Positions 11,501 to 21,045 are shown, counted from the stretch's first letter. The stretch: 64,000 nucleotides of DNA from an uncultured Candidatus Saccharibacteria bacterium (GCA_964638425.1 CAZWYM010000001.1:74441-138440); one strand, 5' to 3'. The notes: generated by a model from the letters alone, not told the origin. Numbers and translations: made by a program.

Positions 11501-11781
11501 AGGAGCAACTGTCTTCTTAAAGAATCTTTTTCGTATTTCCAAGCATCAAATTCAACTATTGTTCCTCCCTCAATACCCTCATCTTTGAGTAACTTAACGA
11601 TTGTACTTTTTCCTGTACCCCATCGACCAAAGAGACCGATGGTATGAACACACGTGTCGCTTTCTAAAATAGATTTAAGTGCCGGTGCAACGCTCTTGTG
11701 GTAGAAATCAAAAAAGTTTTTAGACTCCTTACCAACAGGAGCATCCTTTAAAAAATTAAACTGTTTTGATTTGTTATCCAT
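8566..11781 (-). CDS. KAP family P-loop NTPase
   Basis: Walker A GRWGTGKST. Two TM helices inserted within the NTPase domain (LPFLIIIGLFTWQVF.../SFSLALSIALII), which is the hallmark of KAP NTPases. Walker B/DdLDR-like VVVIDNLDR. Long helical C-terminal region. 15 nt downstream of hsdR. Confidence 0.8.
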   Translation of the reverse strand: MDNKSKQFNFLKDAPVGKESKNFFDFYHKSVAPALKSILESDTCVHTIGLFGRWGTGKSTIVKLLKDEGIEGGTIVEFDAWKYEKDSLRRQLLLQIAKDLQVNKNEIDKLEKELYFSLSETVGEKVSISWGYLKKVAILSLPFLIIIGLFTWQVFPDLATQWKLWAGTSFSLALSIALIIEKVLGEDFKKIIMVSPITSSKSQLSSPEQFEKSFVRILKLSKIKTNRVVVVIDNLDRVDSKVATEVLSTLKTFLEIKDVDAKGKNVVFLVPCDFEAIKKAAPSAELADEFLRKIFNVVVWTPEYIDTDIRTFVKEQIKQTGDIKNYLENDDVYLVIESAFSNNPREIKQFINNLISAVLVAFNTEVKDIVSNNIAYMAKVLVLMHKYPEAFQNLKKSWYAPEEILGTYRKVVVAEEPPFREEFENFMLETSRITVEDAEPFIYLKKPVISDLLTDDESIRLSLIEGNETTAKTHIEAETDKATLLEFIISILNKYKNHGIDVVTTIFKTQLTVLGELNLTSRDYINTVAGLLDGKVWPSFQKLPTDVIFDFVVADPNLDSRIRKNILDRYVLALSATEEFKNFNEIAIVKSILQNLVKQKQLLTNEHVLNIAQAIEEHYSVRDDILNLFVGIDDKSKFLTKKSIERIVETASLENFGTKKALLTDLSDMVIEKKVFPQLFKKLTEITIAHNQAVSGFTEEKEQFFKEALGLLVTFRVDLKLLLPADKVDFIKNIVQTFNAIPLWEKRKTLSLILIYLRSSLVDPQKTEAQQLFVQFLQNANAVAVREFFTFWKITYAQTLVTEFLPNIQPRVLSQPDFTKVIYDFSSDETRLQILDVLIAQDPLQAIEFIATLKPKDYARAEIVEKILNKAPTIGIAGRRKMYDFVADKINKNNDVAIKELVSKQVIELLNQDSLETSEVGHFFFEKADFLSIEKKREIVKSTLEFLRQPGKVLATVNSSALKVVTGFFSELQETLQKDYIFSLFCMIRDGHSQEVLDLAFSNLLTLKPSFSQYQKDYEDVASALDSWSNGGKKSVVDFLLQLKPDGRISATEKSYWEKVESHNVTEKNES

Positions 11782-11796
11782 AATTAAATTTCGAAC

Positions 11797-14700
11797 TCAG
11801 ATATTTACCGTATACACGCTAGTCTTATTATCAACATAACTGTCGTAAACATGCGAATAGACCTTCTGAGTTTTATCTTCACAGTCTTCTTCTGTATAGG
11901 TAGGCTCAGGCAAGTTGTCATACAAAAGAGCGCGGATAGTGACCTTAACATCAGCACGAGTCTCTTCCTTTTTCTTCCAGTCGAGCGCAAGTTTCTCCAT
12001 ACGAAGCTTTATTACCAACTCCTTCGCAACCACTTTCACTTGATTTACTTCGTCTGGATTGAGGTTCTCTTTTTTGAGCAAGTCAAAAATAGCCAGCTCT
12101 TCCTCAGATAGGTTCTCTGCAATTGCACGACTATCTTCCTCGCTTAGATCCTTAGCGAGCTCTACGAGCTGGTCAAAGAACGACTCAAGATCATGCGAAC
12201 CAGCGTTGTATTCATGCAACAGTCGATTGAGGCGATCAAGGAATGCCTTGCGTAGCTTATTCTTTCGAACCATCTCTTTTATCTTCTCTTCCAATTCAGC
12301 ACTTAATTCCTCAGCTTCAATATTCTTCGTGTCTGAGTCATCAAAAAACTTCTTGAGTGCTTCAAAGTCTATCTTGCTTAGGTCTTTTAGGTTTGGTTTA
12401 TCTTTAATGACGTACTCACCGGCACGGATAGAACGGTCGAGCAGATCCTCAAGATCCTTCTTAACCTGAGACACGTCAGTCTCCTCGTCGATAACTTCAC
12501 GGATACGGGAAGCAATAACCTTATACGCAGTCACCTCGTGGTAGAAGTCTTCTGCCTTTGGTTCTGGGAGAACAGCTTTGTAGTATTTGAGTGCATCACC
12601 TGAAAGTTCGAGGTAGCGTTGCTTAGTTTGTTCATCGACAAGGATGCGGTTGGTAAATACGTCGACGAGACGGATCTTTTCAATATCCTTTGCTTCGAGT
12701 AAATCATTGATATTGAGGTCGAGCAACTTGAGGAATTGTCGAGTCTGAGAAACACTTGCAAAGAGGATTTCTACTAGCTCATCCTTATCTTTAATAATCT
12801 CGTCATCACCATCATTCGAGACAGCATAAATAGCGAGTGCTTTCTGGAGGTTTCGGAACACACCAATGTAGTCAACGATAAGACCGTTAGTCTTTCCCGG
12901 ATACACACGGTTTGCACGAGCGATAGTCTGCATGAGCGTATGGTTCTTGAGTGGCTTATCAAGATAGAGCGTTGAAAGGTTTGGCACGTCAAAACCAGTC
13001 ATCCACATAGCACATACGAAGACAATCTTGAGGTTATCGGTAGGCTCTTTGAATTTAGTTTCCAAGTCCTCGTCAATCATACGAGCACGGATCGGACGCA
13101 TATCGATGTCAAACTCCTTCATGTCATCAATTTCGTTCTGGCTTTGACTGACCACTACCGCCATATCAATGTCCTCGTATTTAGATATCTGCTCACGAAT
13201 AGACTCCTTTTCGTGTTCGTCTTTTGCTTTTGAGACAGCAATATTAAGCTTTGCAATGTACCGTTGCATTTGTTCTTTTACCTTCACGTACATGCGAATA
13301 GCTGTCTTCTTATCAATAGACACGACCATCGCTTTACCGTTGTATCCCCGTGAGGTAAAGTGCGTCACAATATCTTCCGCAACCTTATTGAGACGATCTT
13401 CACGAGAGATGAGGTGGTAGAAAGTTGAAAACTCCTGCTCAAGTTTATCCTCCTCATCAGAGGTAAGGTCGTAGTAATCCATTACCTTCTCAATATCCTT
13501 CTGGATATCAGTATTAGTATTCTGAAGTTTTGGAACACGGTTCTCATAGAAGAGCGGTACTGTCGCACCGTCCTCTACAGACTGTGCAAAATTGTATGTT
13601 GAAACATAGTCTCCAAAGGTTGAGCGGGTCTTTTCTTCACCATCCATAATTGGCGTACCAGTAAAGCCAATGAATGAAGCGTTCGGAAGTGCAATACGAA
13701 GGTTTTTTGCAAAAGTATCGTATTGGGTACGATGCGCTTCGTCAGCCATTACAATAATGTCATTTCGTAGATTGAGTTCAATGGGTTCGTTGAACTTCTG
13801 AATCAAAGTGAAGATATGGCGATGATCCTCAGCAAGTAGTTCTCGGAGATTTTGAACAGAATCTGCATGCACTTCTTTATCTTTCTCAGCTCCACAGTCA
13901 ACAAAGTTCTTGTATATCTGTTTATCAAGCTCACGACGGTCAGTAATCAGCACAAAAGTGAAGTTACCATGCATCTTTCTGAATACCTTCTGCGACAAGA
14001 AGAGCATTGAGTATGATTTTCCTGATCCTTGTGTGTGCCAGAACACCCCAAGACGACCTCCATTTTCTTCACGATGTTCAATACGCTGAAAAGCTTTATT
14101 GACCCCGAGGAACTGGAAGTATCGAGCAACAATTTTGGTGAGTTCGCCACGAGAGCCATCAAATAATGTGAAGTTCTCAACAATATCTAAAAGTCGTGAC
14201 GGCTCACACGTACCACGAAGTACAATGTCGAGACTTACGCCACCCTCTTCACTCTCGTCATTAATCTTCTTCCATTCATTAAAGTGCTCATAGGCAGAAG
14301 TAAGGGTACCCACCTTACTCTCAATACCATTTGAAATAATGATAAATGCGTTACACCAAAAAAGCTGAGGAATGGTGTCCTTATAGTCACGAATATTTTC
14401 TTGGTAGGCATTGCGGAGATTCTTGTGCGAAGCTTTCAATTCAATGAGCACTAACGGCAACCCATTTACAAAACCTATAAGATCAGGGCGACGCTTGTGG
14501 AGTTCGCCAGTGATCCACATTTGAGATACGAGAAGGTAGTCGTTTTTTGAGACATCATTAAAATCAACAACTTTGATATTGATGGTCTCTATCGCTCCAC
14601 GATCGTCACGGACCTCAACTTTGACACCATCTTTTATGAGTTTATAGATATCAGCATTCGCATTTACCAAACTCATTGATGAACGGTCACGAGTAAGCTC

Positions 14701-14922
14701 ATCAATAGCTTGAATAATGGCTTCTATTGGAGCATCAGGGTTAAGTCTCTCGAGAGAGGGCTTTAGGTACTTCGCCAAAATAACCTGCCCTTGATTATCA
14801 CGACCTAGGAGTGCGTCACCCTCATCAGAGTATCCATTAATAAAATTTTTAACACCCCAAAGTTCGCCAAAGATTTTGACAGCTGTTTGCTCTATGAGGT
14901 TGTCTTCTGAAAATTCGTTCAT
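11797..14922 (-). CDS. hsdR: type I restriction enzyme R subunit (HsdR)
   Basis: SF2 helicase motifs WHTQGSGKS and DEAHR; size 1041 aa; overlaps hsdS by 4 nt. Confidence 0.9.
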   Translation of the reverse strand: MNEFSEDNLIEQTAVKIFGELWGVKNFINGYSDEGDALLGRDNQGQVILAKYLKPSLERLNPDAPIEAIIQAIDELTRDRSSMSLVNANADIYKLIKDGVKVEVRDDRGAIETINIKVVDFNDVSKNDYLLVSQMWITGELHKRRPDLIGFVNGLPLVLIELKASHKNLRNAYQENIRDYKDTIPQLFWCNAFIIISNGIESKVGTLTSAYEHFNEWKKINDESEEGGVSLDIVLRGTCEPSRLLDIVENFTLFDGSRGELTKIVARYFQFLGVNKAFQRIEHREENGGRLGVFWHTQGSGKSYSMLFLSQKVFRKMHGNFTFVLITDRRELDKQIYKNFVDCGAEKDKEVHADSVQNLRELLAEDHRHIFTLIQKFNEPIELNLRNDIIVMADEAHRTQYDTFAKNLRIALPNASFIGFTGTPIMDGEEKTRSTFGDYVSTYNFAQSVEDGATVPLFYENRVPKLQNTNTDIQKDIEKVMDYYDLTSDEEDKLEQEFSTFYHLISREDRLNKVAEDIVTHFTSRGYNGKAMVVSIDKKTAIRMYVKVKEQMQRYIAKLNIAVSKAKDEHEKESIREQISKYEDIDMAVVVSQSQNEIDDMKEFDIDMRPIRARMIDEDLETKFKEPTDNLKIVFVCAMWMTGFDVPNLSTLYLDKPLKNHTLMQTIARANRVYPGKTNGLIVDYIGVFRNLQKALAIYAVSNDGDDEIIKDKDELVEILFASVSQTRQFLKLLDLNINDLLEAKDIEKIRLVDVFTNRILVDEQTKQRYLELSGDALKYYKAVLPEPKAEDFYHEVTAYKVIASRIREVIDEETDVSQVKKDLEDLLDRSIRAGEYVIKDKPNLKDLSKIDFEALKKFFDDSDTKNIEAEELSAELEEKIKEMVRKNKLRKAFLDRLNRLLHEYNAGSHDLESFFDQLVELAKDLSEEDSRAIAENLSEEELAIFDLLKKENLNPDEVNQVKVVAKELVIKLRMEKLALDWKKKEETRADVKVTIRALLYDNLPEPTYTEEDCEDKTQKVYSHVYDSYVDNKTSVYTVNI

Positions 14923-16100
14923 GATTTTATTTCTAATTTACCGGTGACCAACTGTGGAAGAATCAAGTCACGTGACTTGATCAGTATTTCGTTCTGTTTC
15001 TCAAGTTTATACTTTAAAACAATACATTCTCGCACCTCTCTACCAAATTTATCTGTAACTTCAACTGGCGGAACATTCAATTTCTTTGTCATAAATTCAG
15101 GCCAGTGTCCTTTGTAGTCGTTGAATGAGATTAAGTTTTTTGTTGCAAAATGCAACCAAAATACATTCCTATCATCTAATGGGAGAAAAGGTAAAACATT
15201 TTGTATTGCAGAAAATGCAAACATTATTAAATTTTGATAACAAGTATGATTCGCAAATACAATTATTGGATCGTCTGTCGAAGCTACAACACTCGGCTCA
15301 TCATTATGATAGCCAATTATCCCTGACCTACCTTGATCTAAAACTGGCACTTTACCTGTAGGTTTAACAGTTTTATTTTCGTATCTCCTGCCAGCTGAGA
15401 CTCTTTTAATCACATCTTCTACTCTCTTTACTTCCCAGCCATCAGGAAGACCATCATTCCCAAATCTTATTTTTTCAGACCCAGGAAAACGAAAATTTAC
15501 AAACCATTCAGTATAAATTTTTTGAGCTAGTGTCTCAAGAATGTAGATGCGACGTTTGTTGTTTTCAATTAAATCATCAAAAAGGGACAAAGTTGAAGCA
15601 ATTGCTTTTTGAGTCTTCAATGGAAGATAATCAACATTGAGATTTTCTAGTTCACTCCCTCTGATTCCAGCTGCAGCTACCTGCATCACCAGTGATTGGG
15701 TTTTAGCTTTTCCTCTAGGAGATGAAAAGTAATAGTAGAAGAAATCAGGGTTTGCAATATCTTTTTTTAATCGCACTCTTATAAGGTGCGACTCGAAGGT
15801 TGTCTGACGTGTTGTCCCTTTAAAAATTGAACATTTACCAGCGCCTTCTGCCACTAATGACTGTCTTGCAAAAAGTAGATCGCCATCCATAAGTAGACTG
15901 TTCGCTTGCTCCTTTAACGTTAACGGGGCAAGCTCCATCCCAATAGAATCGTATATCTTGTCATACTTAAAAATCTCACCCATATTCACCATAGGAAAAC
16001 CTGAGCCTCTTACTCTCTTCGGCTTACTCACGCCATTACGAGAGGGGATTTCGTAAAGATCACCGAATCGTATTTCTTTTGTTTCTTGATTGATCTGCAT
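14919..16100 (-). CDS. hsdS: type I RM specificity subunit (HsdS), two target-recognition domains
   Basis: Position between hsdM and hsdR; two-TRD architecture with conserved central and C-terminal helices. Confidence 0.8.
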   Translation of the reverse strand: MQINQETKEIRFGDLYEIPSRNGVSKPKRVRGSGFPMVNMGEIFKYDKIYDSIGMELAPLTLKEQANSLLMDGDLLFARQSLVAEGAGKCSIFKGTTRQTTFESHLIRVRLKKDIANPDFFYYYFSSPRGKAKTQSLVMQVAAAGIRGSELENLNVDYLPLKTQKAIASTLSLFDDLIENNKRRIYILETLAQKIYTEWFVNFRFPGSEKIRFGNDGLPDGWEVKRVEDVIKRVSAGRRYENKTVKPTGKVPVLDQGRSGIIGYHNDEPSVVASTDDPIIVFANHTCYQNLIMFAFSAIQNVLPFLPLDDRNVFWLHFATKNLISFNDYKGHWPEFMTKKLNVPPVEVTDKFGREVRECIVLKYKLEKQNEILIKSRDLILPQLVTGKLEIKS

Positions 16101-16104
16101 ATTA

Positions 16105-17640
16105 CTATTCTAATCCCAAGAGATTTCGAAAATTATTCAAAATACTCTTTTCAAGAGAACGTGCCTCAACAGTAAGTTTTTCAAACTCGGTGTAAAGCTC
16201 TCTTGCAGACGTTTCAAAATCCTCATCTGAAATATCCGATTCGACAGTTCCTACATATCGACCTGGATTTAGAGAGTAACCAGTATCGGCTACTTCTTGG
16301 ATTGTAACGACCTTACAAAACCCCTTTACGTCTTCATATTTAGCTAAAGTTTGCTCGCCACGATACCTTCGTACAACGTCAGTAATCTGCTGTATTTGTT
16401 CATCAGTCCATTCACGATGTGAACGATCGACTTGGGTGAAGGTATTTCGTGCATCAATGAAAAGAATTTTGTCTTTACGCTCAAGATACCTCTTACCTTT
16501 GTCGAGAAACCAGAGAGTTACAGGAAGAGTAACGTTATAAAACATGTTTGGACCAACAGAGACCATCACATCAACAACATTGTCATCAACAAGCTTCTTA
16601 CGAATTTCTTTTTCACTATTTCCAGCATCACTGGCAGAGTTTGCCATAACAAAACCTGCACGACCTCCATCTTTGAGAGCGTTCAGGAATATTTGTATCC
16701 AGAGATAGTTACCGTTATCTGTACGTGGGAGACCGTATGAAAATCGGGGATCATCTTTGATACGTTCTTTATCAATACCATCTACATTGAATGGTGGATT
16801 TGCCATTGCAAAATCAAACTTTCCGACAGAGCGGTGTAGATCTTCGTAGTAAGTGTTTCCCTGACGTATATCTCCAGAAAGACCATGAATAGCGAGGTTC
16901 ATCTTAGCAATACGAACTGTCTGATCAGTCTTTTCTTGCCCATAAATAGAAATCTCTCGTGAGGCTTTTTCTTTTTTTCCATTTTCAAGATGACGCTTAA
17001 TGAACTCAAGGGACTGCACAAACATACCTCCTGAACCACAAGCAGGATCGTATATCTTTCCTTGATAGGGTTCAAGAATTTCTACGATCAACTTTACAAT
17101 CGATGTCGGAGTAAAGAACTCTCCACCACCCGAACCGTCTGACAGCGCGAACTTGCCGAGAAAGTATTCGTAAATAAGACCGAATGCATCGCCTTCAATT
17201 GTGTCGGGGATATGATTTAGATTTTTGAGAAGCGTAACAATTGCAGAATTGTCGAGCAGGTTGTAATTTTTCGGAAGAATGCCTGCGAGGTCTTTGTTTG
17301 ATGTTTCAATTTCCTTCATTGCATCATTAACTGCCTTTCCCATATCCGTTCCTTCTGGAAGTGCAATGAGATACGAAAAACGAGCGTGCTCAGGAACGAA
17401 AAGCACAGCTCGTGATTGATAGTCCTCAGGAGTGATAGGTCTCTGACGTTTAGAAGTAGACGTCTTTGTCTCAGCTTCAATTTCTTTCTGTGCAACAGTG
17501 AATTTTACGTCAGCGAACTTGAGAAAAATAAGACCTAGAACTGGCTCAGCAAACTCGTTGAGACGCAAAGAAGAGTTGGCTCGAAGATGATCTGCCGCCT
17601 CCCATAGTTTACTCTCAAGTTGTTTGATGTCTGATGCCAT
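16105..17640 (-). CDS. hsdM: type I RM N6-adenine DNA methyltransferase (HsdM)
   Basis: HsdM N-terminal domain, SAM motif, and catalytic NPPF (ANPPFNVDG). Confidence 0.9.
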   Translation of the reverse strand: MASDIKQLESKLWEAADHLRANSSLRLNEFAEPVLGLIFLKFADVKFTVAQKEIEAETKTSTSKRQRPITPEDYQSRAVLFVPEHARFSYLIALPEGTDMGKAVNDAMKEIETSNKDLAGILPKNYNLLDNSAIVTLLKNLNHIPDTIEGDAFGLIYEYFLGKFALSDGSGGGEFFTPTSIVKLIVEILEPYQGKIYDPACGSGGMFVQSLEFIKRHLENGKKEKASREISIYGQEKTDQTVRIAKMNLAIHGLSGDIRQGNTYYEDLHRSVGKFDFAMANPPFNVDGIDKERIKDDPRFSYGLPRTDNGNYLWIQIFLNALKDGGRAGFVMANSASDAGNSEKEIRKKLVDDNVVDVMVSVGPNMFYNVTLPVTLWFLDKGKRYLERKDKILFIDARNTFTQVDRSHREWTDEQIQQITDVVRRYRGEQTLAKYEDVKGFCKVVTIQEVADTGYSLNPGRYVGTVESDISDEDFETSARELYTEFEKLTVEARSLEKSILNNFRNLLGLE

Positions 17641-17645
17641 AAATG

Positions 17646-17849
17646 TTAAATACTCTTATCCAAAAATTTAATGATGTCTTCCTTGCGGTAACGTCGGTCT
17701 TTGCGAGTACCGAAGCGTAGCGCCTTAAGAATTCCTTTGTTGTCCCACTTGCGAAGCGTGTTCGGATGGCAATTTAGAACATCACATGCCTGCTGTAATG
17801 TCAGGATATCCGGTAACTCCAAAAGCTTCTTTTCGTGTTTCGTTGGCAT
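17646..17849 (-). CDS. excisionase/MerR-like HTH DNA-binding protein upstream of hsdM
   Basis: LTLQQACDVLNCHPNTLRKWDNKGILKALRFGTRKDRRY is an HTH_17-like sequence. Confidence 0.55.
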   Translation of the reverse strand: MPTKHEKKLLELPDILTLQQACDVLNCHPNTLRKWDNKGILKALRFGTRKDRRYRKEDIIKFLDKSI

Positions 17850-17902
17850 AATGCTAACTTAACACAAGTTTACATCACATTTTAAGAAAGATAAACTCGC
17901 AT

Positions 17903-18502
17903 TTAAGCTGTATTTTCAACGATTGCCTTTGCGAGATCGTTAAATTCAAAGGGTTTTATAGCGTGCTTTTCTAGACGAGCCAGAGAGATACTGTTGCCAT
18001 TCTTCGATAGCTCCTTAAGGTGGTCTCTTGAAAGAACATAGAAACACCACTGACTAAGGTCGACGATATCGAGAGTGACATGGTCTTGGTGCTTAAACAG
18101 TGCAAGAACATATACATCAGATTTGTAGTCAGCAACCCTGCTAAGCTCTGATTGCTTCTTAACAGCGTCTGAGTAATACAGTTCTGTTGCCTTAAGCCCA
18201 GACCAGAGAATCTTTGTAAATTGATTTTGATCCCAGTCTTGAATATATGAGCAACACTTCACCTCAATCTTTGTATTCTGATACAAAACATCGTAGTCTC
18301 CCCAAGGACTACGAACATCGATCTCTTTATTCTGTTTGAGTGCGTTCTCGACTAGAAATTCTGCGAGTGCACCTCGAAGTACATTTGAGTTAAGGCTGGA
18401 AAAGCCGTACTGCCAGAACTCTAATACGTTGAAAGATTTTTGTCCTGAGTTTTTAAATGTCTCAGAGCCCGAAAGTTTTTTCACTGGAAGTTTTTTATAC
18501 AT
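17903..18502 (-). CDS. hypothetical protein with a putative PD-(D/E)xK nuclease-like motif
   Basis: GDYDV...EVK spacing resembles a restriction-endonuclease-fold core. Lies upstream of the RM operon. Confidence 0.35.
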   Translation of the reverse strand: MYKKLPVKKLSGSETFKNSGQKSFNVLEFWQYGFSSLNSNVLRGALAEFLVENALKQNKEIDVRSPWGDYDVLYQNTKIEVKCCSYIQDWDQNQFTKILWSGLKATELYYSDAVKKQSELSRVADYKSDVYVLALFKHQDHVTLDIVDLSQWCFYVLSRDHLKELSKNGNSISLARLEKHAIKPFEFNDLAKAIVENTA

Positions 18503-18544
18503 GGGAGAAATTAAAATACCAGCATTTTATAATGAAAACCCTCC

Positions 18545-18967
18545 CTACATTACCTTTTCAAGTATCGTGAAGAGGCCTTGGGAGGTGAACTTTGCCCAGC
18601 TGTTTGGCTTGAGGTCTTTGGTCAGAATTATCGTTCCTTTTGCAGTAATGCGTTCTCCGTCTCTGAAGTCTGCCATGCTTCCTGCACCTGCTCCGAAATT
18701 AACCGCGTAGTATTCACCCTCATCGGTATGAATGCCAAACGCGCAGTCCGCTGTGACGGTACCCCCTGCAACAGGTGGTAGACATACGTACGTTCCCGAA
18801 AGTGTTACCGTCTCTGCCTTCTGTGTTACGTTCTCACCTTTTGTCTCTACACGTTCCTCGCTAGGTGTACCTCCGTTTGGAGTCGAAGTACTCCCCTGCC
18901 TCAGACTGCTATACCCCACAAATAAAACAACGAGTACCACCGCACCGATGAGTATGTTTCGATTCAT
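18545..18967 (-). CDS. hypothetical secreted protein
   Basis: N-terminal signal/TM segment; Gly/Thr-rich. Confidence 0.4.
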   Translation of the reverse strand: MNRNILIGAVVLVVLFVGYSSLRQGSTSTPNGGTPSEERVETKGENVTQKAETVTLSGTYVCLPPVAGGTVTADCAFGIHTDEGEYYAVNFGAGAGSMADFRDGERITAKGTIILTKDLKPNSWAKFTSQGLFTILEKVM

Positions 18968-18984
18968 ATAAAAAGTATATCAGA

Positions 18985-19022
18985 AACCCCAACGCGAAGC
19001 GCTAGCTTCGCGTTGGGGTTTC
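18985..19022. terminator. perfect palindromic hairpin (aaaccccaacgcgaagc gctagc ttcgcgttggggttt)
   Basis: Seen directly; between two minus-strand genes. Confidence 0.45.
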
Positions 19023-19041
19023 TCCACGTTGGTCAAACTTA

Positions 19042-19082
19042 AAAAATAATCCCGAAGGTCGCCATGGCGACCTTCGGGATTA
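19042..19082 (-). terminator. rho-independent terminator of the DUF1653 gene
   Basis: Hairpin aatcccgaaggtcgcc atg gcgaccttcgggatt followed by a T-run on the minus strand. Confidence 0.6.
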
Positions 19083-19092
19083 TGGGCGTATC

Positions 19093-19446
19093 CTACGGAT
19101 ACATTTCGTTTCTGATTTTGGTCAGCACCTGTGTGACGGCTGGGTCGGTGACTTTCGTGAAGCGTGGAAACTTTCTTCCATCCTTCTCTACATCACCCAT
19201 CCACATCTCAAGCGGACGGTTATCGAAACACGGAACACCAAGTTCTTTTGAAGCCTTGTACACAGAAGCTTCATACAAAGGACGGTACACAATGAAATGT
19301 GCTTCACCGGGGCGAGGGTCGTCTTCGGTGTGGAAACCGACACCTATCACCTCATAGGCATAATTGTTTACCAATCTGTTTGGGTCGTGCTTGTAGTGGT
19401 AGTAGAAGCCAGGTTCAGGCACTCGTTGTGGCATGGGTAATGACAT
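19093..19446 (-). CDS. DUF1653 family protein
   Basis: GFYYHYKHDPNR...YEVIGVGFHTE pattern. Confidence 0.5.
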   Translation of the reverse strand: MSLPMPQRVPEPGFYYHYKHDPNRLVNNYAYEVIGVGFHTEDDPRPGEAHFIVYRPLYEASVYKASKELGVPCFDNRPLEMWMGDVEKDGRKFPRFTKVTDPAVTQVLTKIRNEMYP

Positions 19447-19556
19447 ATATTTCTCCTGTTTGGGTTGCTCTGGGACAAGACTAACCTAATTACATTCCTT
19501 TGAAAAGTTCAGTGGCTTTAGCCCACAGGGTTACCCTGTGAGTGACACGATTGATG

Positions 19557-20150
19557 TTATTTCTGGAATGTCTTGTACTTTTCAATAAGCTCCTTATATC
19601 CAATTTCTTTAACTAACTCAATTGCCCGGGCGTACCCTGGTGGTAAATTGTCCCGACCGAAGTCTAGCGGCTCTTTATCAAACAGTCTTTGATACATTTC
19701 ATACAGCATGGCATACAGAAGTATATGGTTCCTAGATACTGGTTCTTCACCTGCATATTGCGTTTGTGCATAATCCCAATACTGTTGATTATCTGTGACT
19801 AGAAAAATATGCAGTAATTCATGAATGATTAAATCCAGAAATTTTTCGTCAGACCATTGTTTATTCTCCTTATTCCACATCGGAAGAAGAAACGGAGTAG
19901 ACATCGCTTGTAGTCCTGCTCCAAAAACGAAACACTCCAAGTTACGCTCGGGGACTTTCCCTGTTAGATCAGCAAGGTTAGCAATTATATGTTTCGATGA
20001 GTCCGCTTCGCTCCAGATTCCTTCCCAGTACTTGAGAGTAGACTTAACTTCTTCCATAGATGGATACTCAAGACCCTTCTCTAAAAATAATGCTCTCCGT
20101 CCACGATCAAGAGGGTACGCGTAAATGAATGATAATTTTGGTAAATCCAT
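19557..20150 (-). CDS. hypothetical protein with HExxH (HELLH) putative zinc-metallopeptidase motif
   Basis: IIHELLHIF motif is the only diagnostic feature. Confidence 0.35.
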   Translation of the reverse strand: MDLPKLSFIYAYPLDRGRRALFLEKGLEYPSMEEVKSTLKYWEGIWSEADSSKHIIANLADLTGKVPERNLECFVFGAGLQAMSTPFLLPMWNKENKQWSDEKFLDLIIHELLHIFLVTDNQQYWDYAQTQYAGEEPVSRNHILLYAMLYEMYQRLFDKEPLDFGRDNLPPGYARAIELVKEIGYKELIEKYKTFQK

Positions 20151-20157
20151 ATAATCA

Positions 20158-20583
20158 CTATGCTTTCGGATTAAATTCTACAATCCACTCAATACCGTAT
20201 TTGTCTCTGAACATTGCGAAGGCTTCTCCTTCAGCGCTGTCATCCATCGGTACTTCTACTTCTGCACCAACAGAAAGCCCTTTGAATATCCTTCCCGCTT
20301 CTTCTCTACTCTCAGCATCTACAAAGATTTTACTTCTGTTTTCGCTTTCACTTACCTTCCCCATGAATGAGGGTACGTCATTTCCGACGAGCATTGTGCC
20401 GTTCCCTATGGAGAGTACGATGCGCATGATTTTGTTTGCGTCTTCATCTCCGACTGGGAATTCAGGAGTTGCAATATCTTTGAAACGGGTCACCTTCGAA
20501 AACTCACCACCAAACACTGACTGATAAAAAGTAAACGCCTCTTCTGCGTTGCCATTAAAATTAATCCACGGGTTTATTGTCAT
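20158..20583 (-). CDS. VOC/glyoxalase-like (PhnB-like) family protein
   Basis: MTINPWINFNGNAEEAFTFYQSVFGG... is a typical PhnB/VOC N-terminus. The track ORF extends to 20661; the Met at ~20583 is preferred. Confidence 0.6.
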   Translation of the reverse strand: MTINPWINFNGNAEEAFTFYQSVFGGEFSKVTRFKDIATPEFPVGDEDANKIMRIVLSIGNGTMLVGNDVPSFMGKVSESENRSKIFVDAESREEAGRIFKGLSVGAEVEVPMDDSAEGEAFAMFRDKYGIEWIVEFNPKA

Positions 20584-20763
20584 ACGTGTAAGTATACAAT
20601 ATTTAGGATAGTGTAACCTTCCCAGATGTATTGGACGATGCCGGAAAACTTCTCTATCCAACTTCCACAGAAAAACCTCCGACAGCCATTTTGCTCATAT
20701 CAAACGGCATTGGCATGTCTACATTGGCGTATTTTTCATTGAAAAATTCCATTACTTTTTTAT

Positions 20764-21045
20764 TTACTTGGTTTCTCTGGGTTTTATTTTATAGGTAATG
20801 AAAGAAAACCAGATAGTATCACTTGCTTTTGCTCCGGTCAGTTTGGTAAACGAGAGTGGTGCTGGCATACCATGCGACGCTTTCTTTGAAAGCTCTTCTC
20901 CTATACATTCTTTATAATCTAAAGCTCCAAAACGCTTCCACACCTCCTCCGCCTCACGAGCCATCTTCTTGTACTTGGCGATGTTCTTTTTAGGAATAAC
21001 GAGTACAAACCCATCTACATATGTTGCAGTTTGCTTTTTTGTCAT
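20764..21045 (-). CDS. DUF1428 family protein
   Basis: ATYVDGFVLVIPKKNIAKYKKMA...FGALDYKEC matches the DUF1428 pattern. The upstream extension to 21141 is probably not translated. Confidence 0.55.
   Translation of the reverse strand: MTKKQTATYVDGFVLVIPKKNIAKYKKMAREAEEVWKRFGALDYKECIGEELSKKASHGMPAPLSFTKLTGAKASDTIWFSFITYKIKPRETK

Noticed and set aside
10814-12469. Several 70-190-aa plus-strand ORFs inside the KAP NTPase and hsdR genes
   Set aside because: Antisense shadows of long, motif-supported minus-strand genes.
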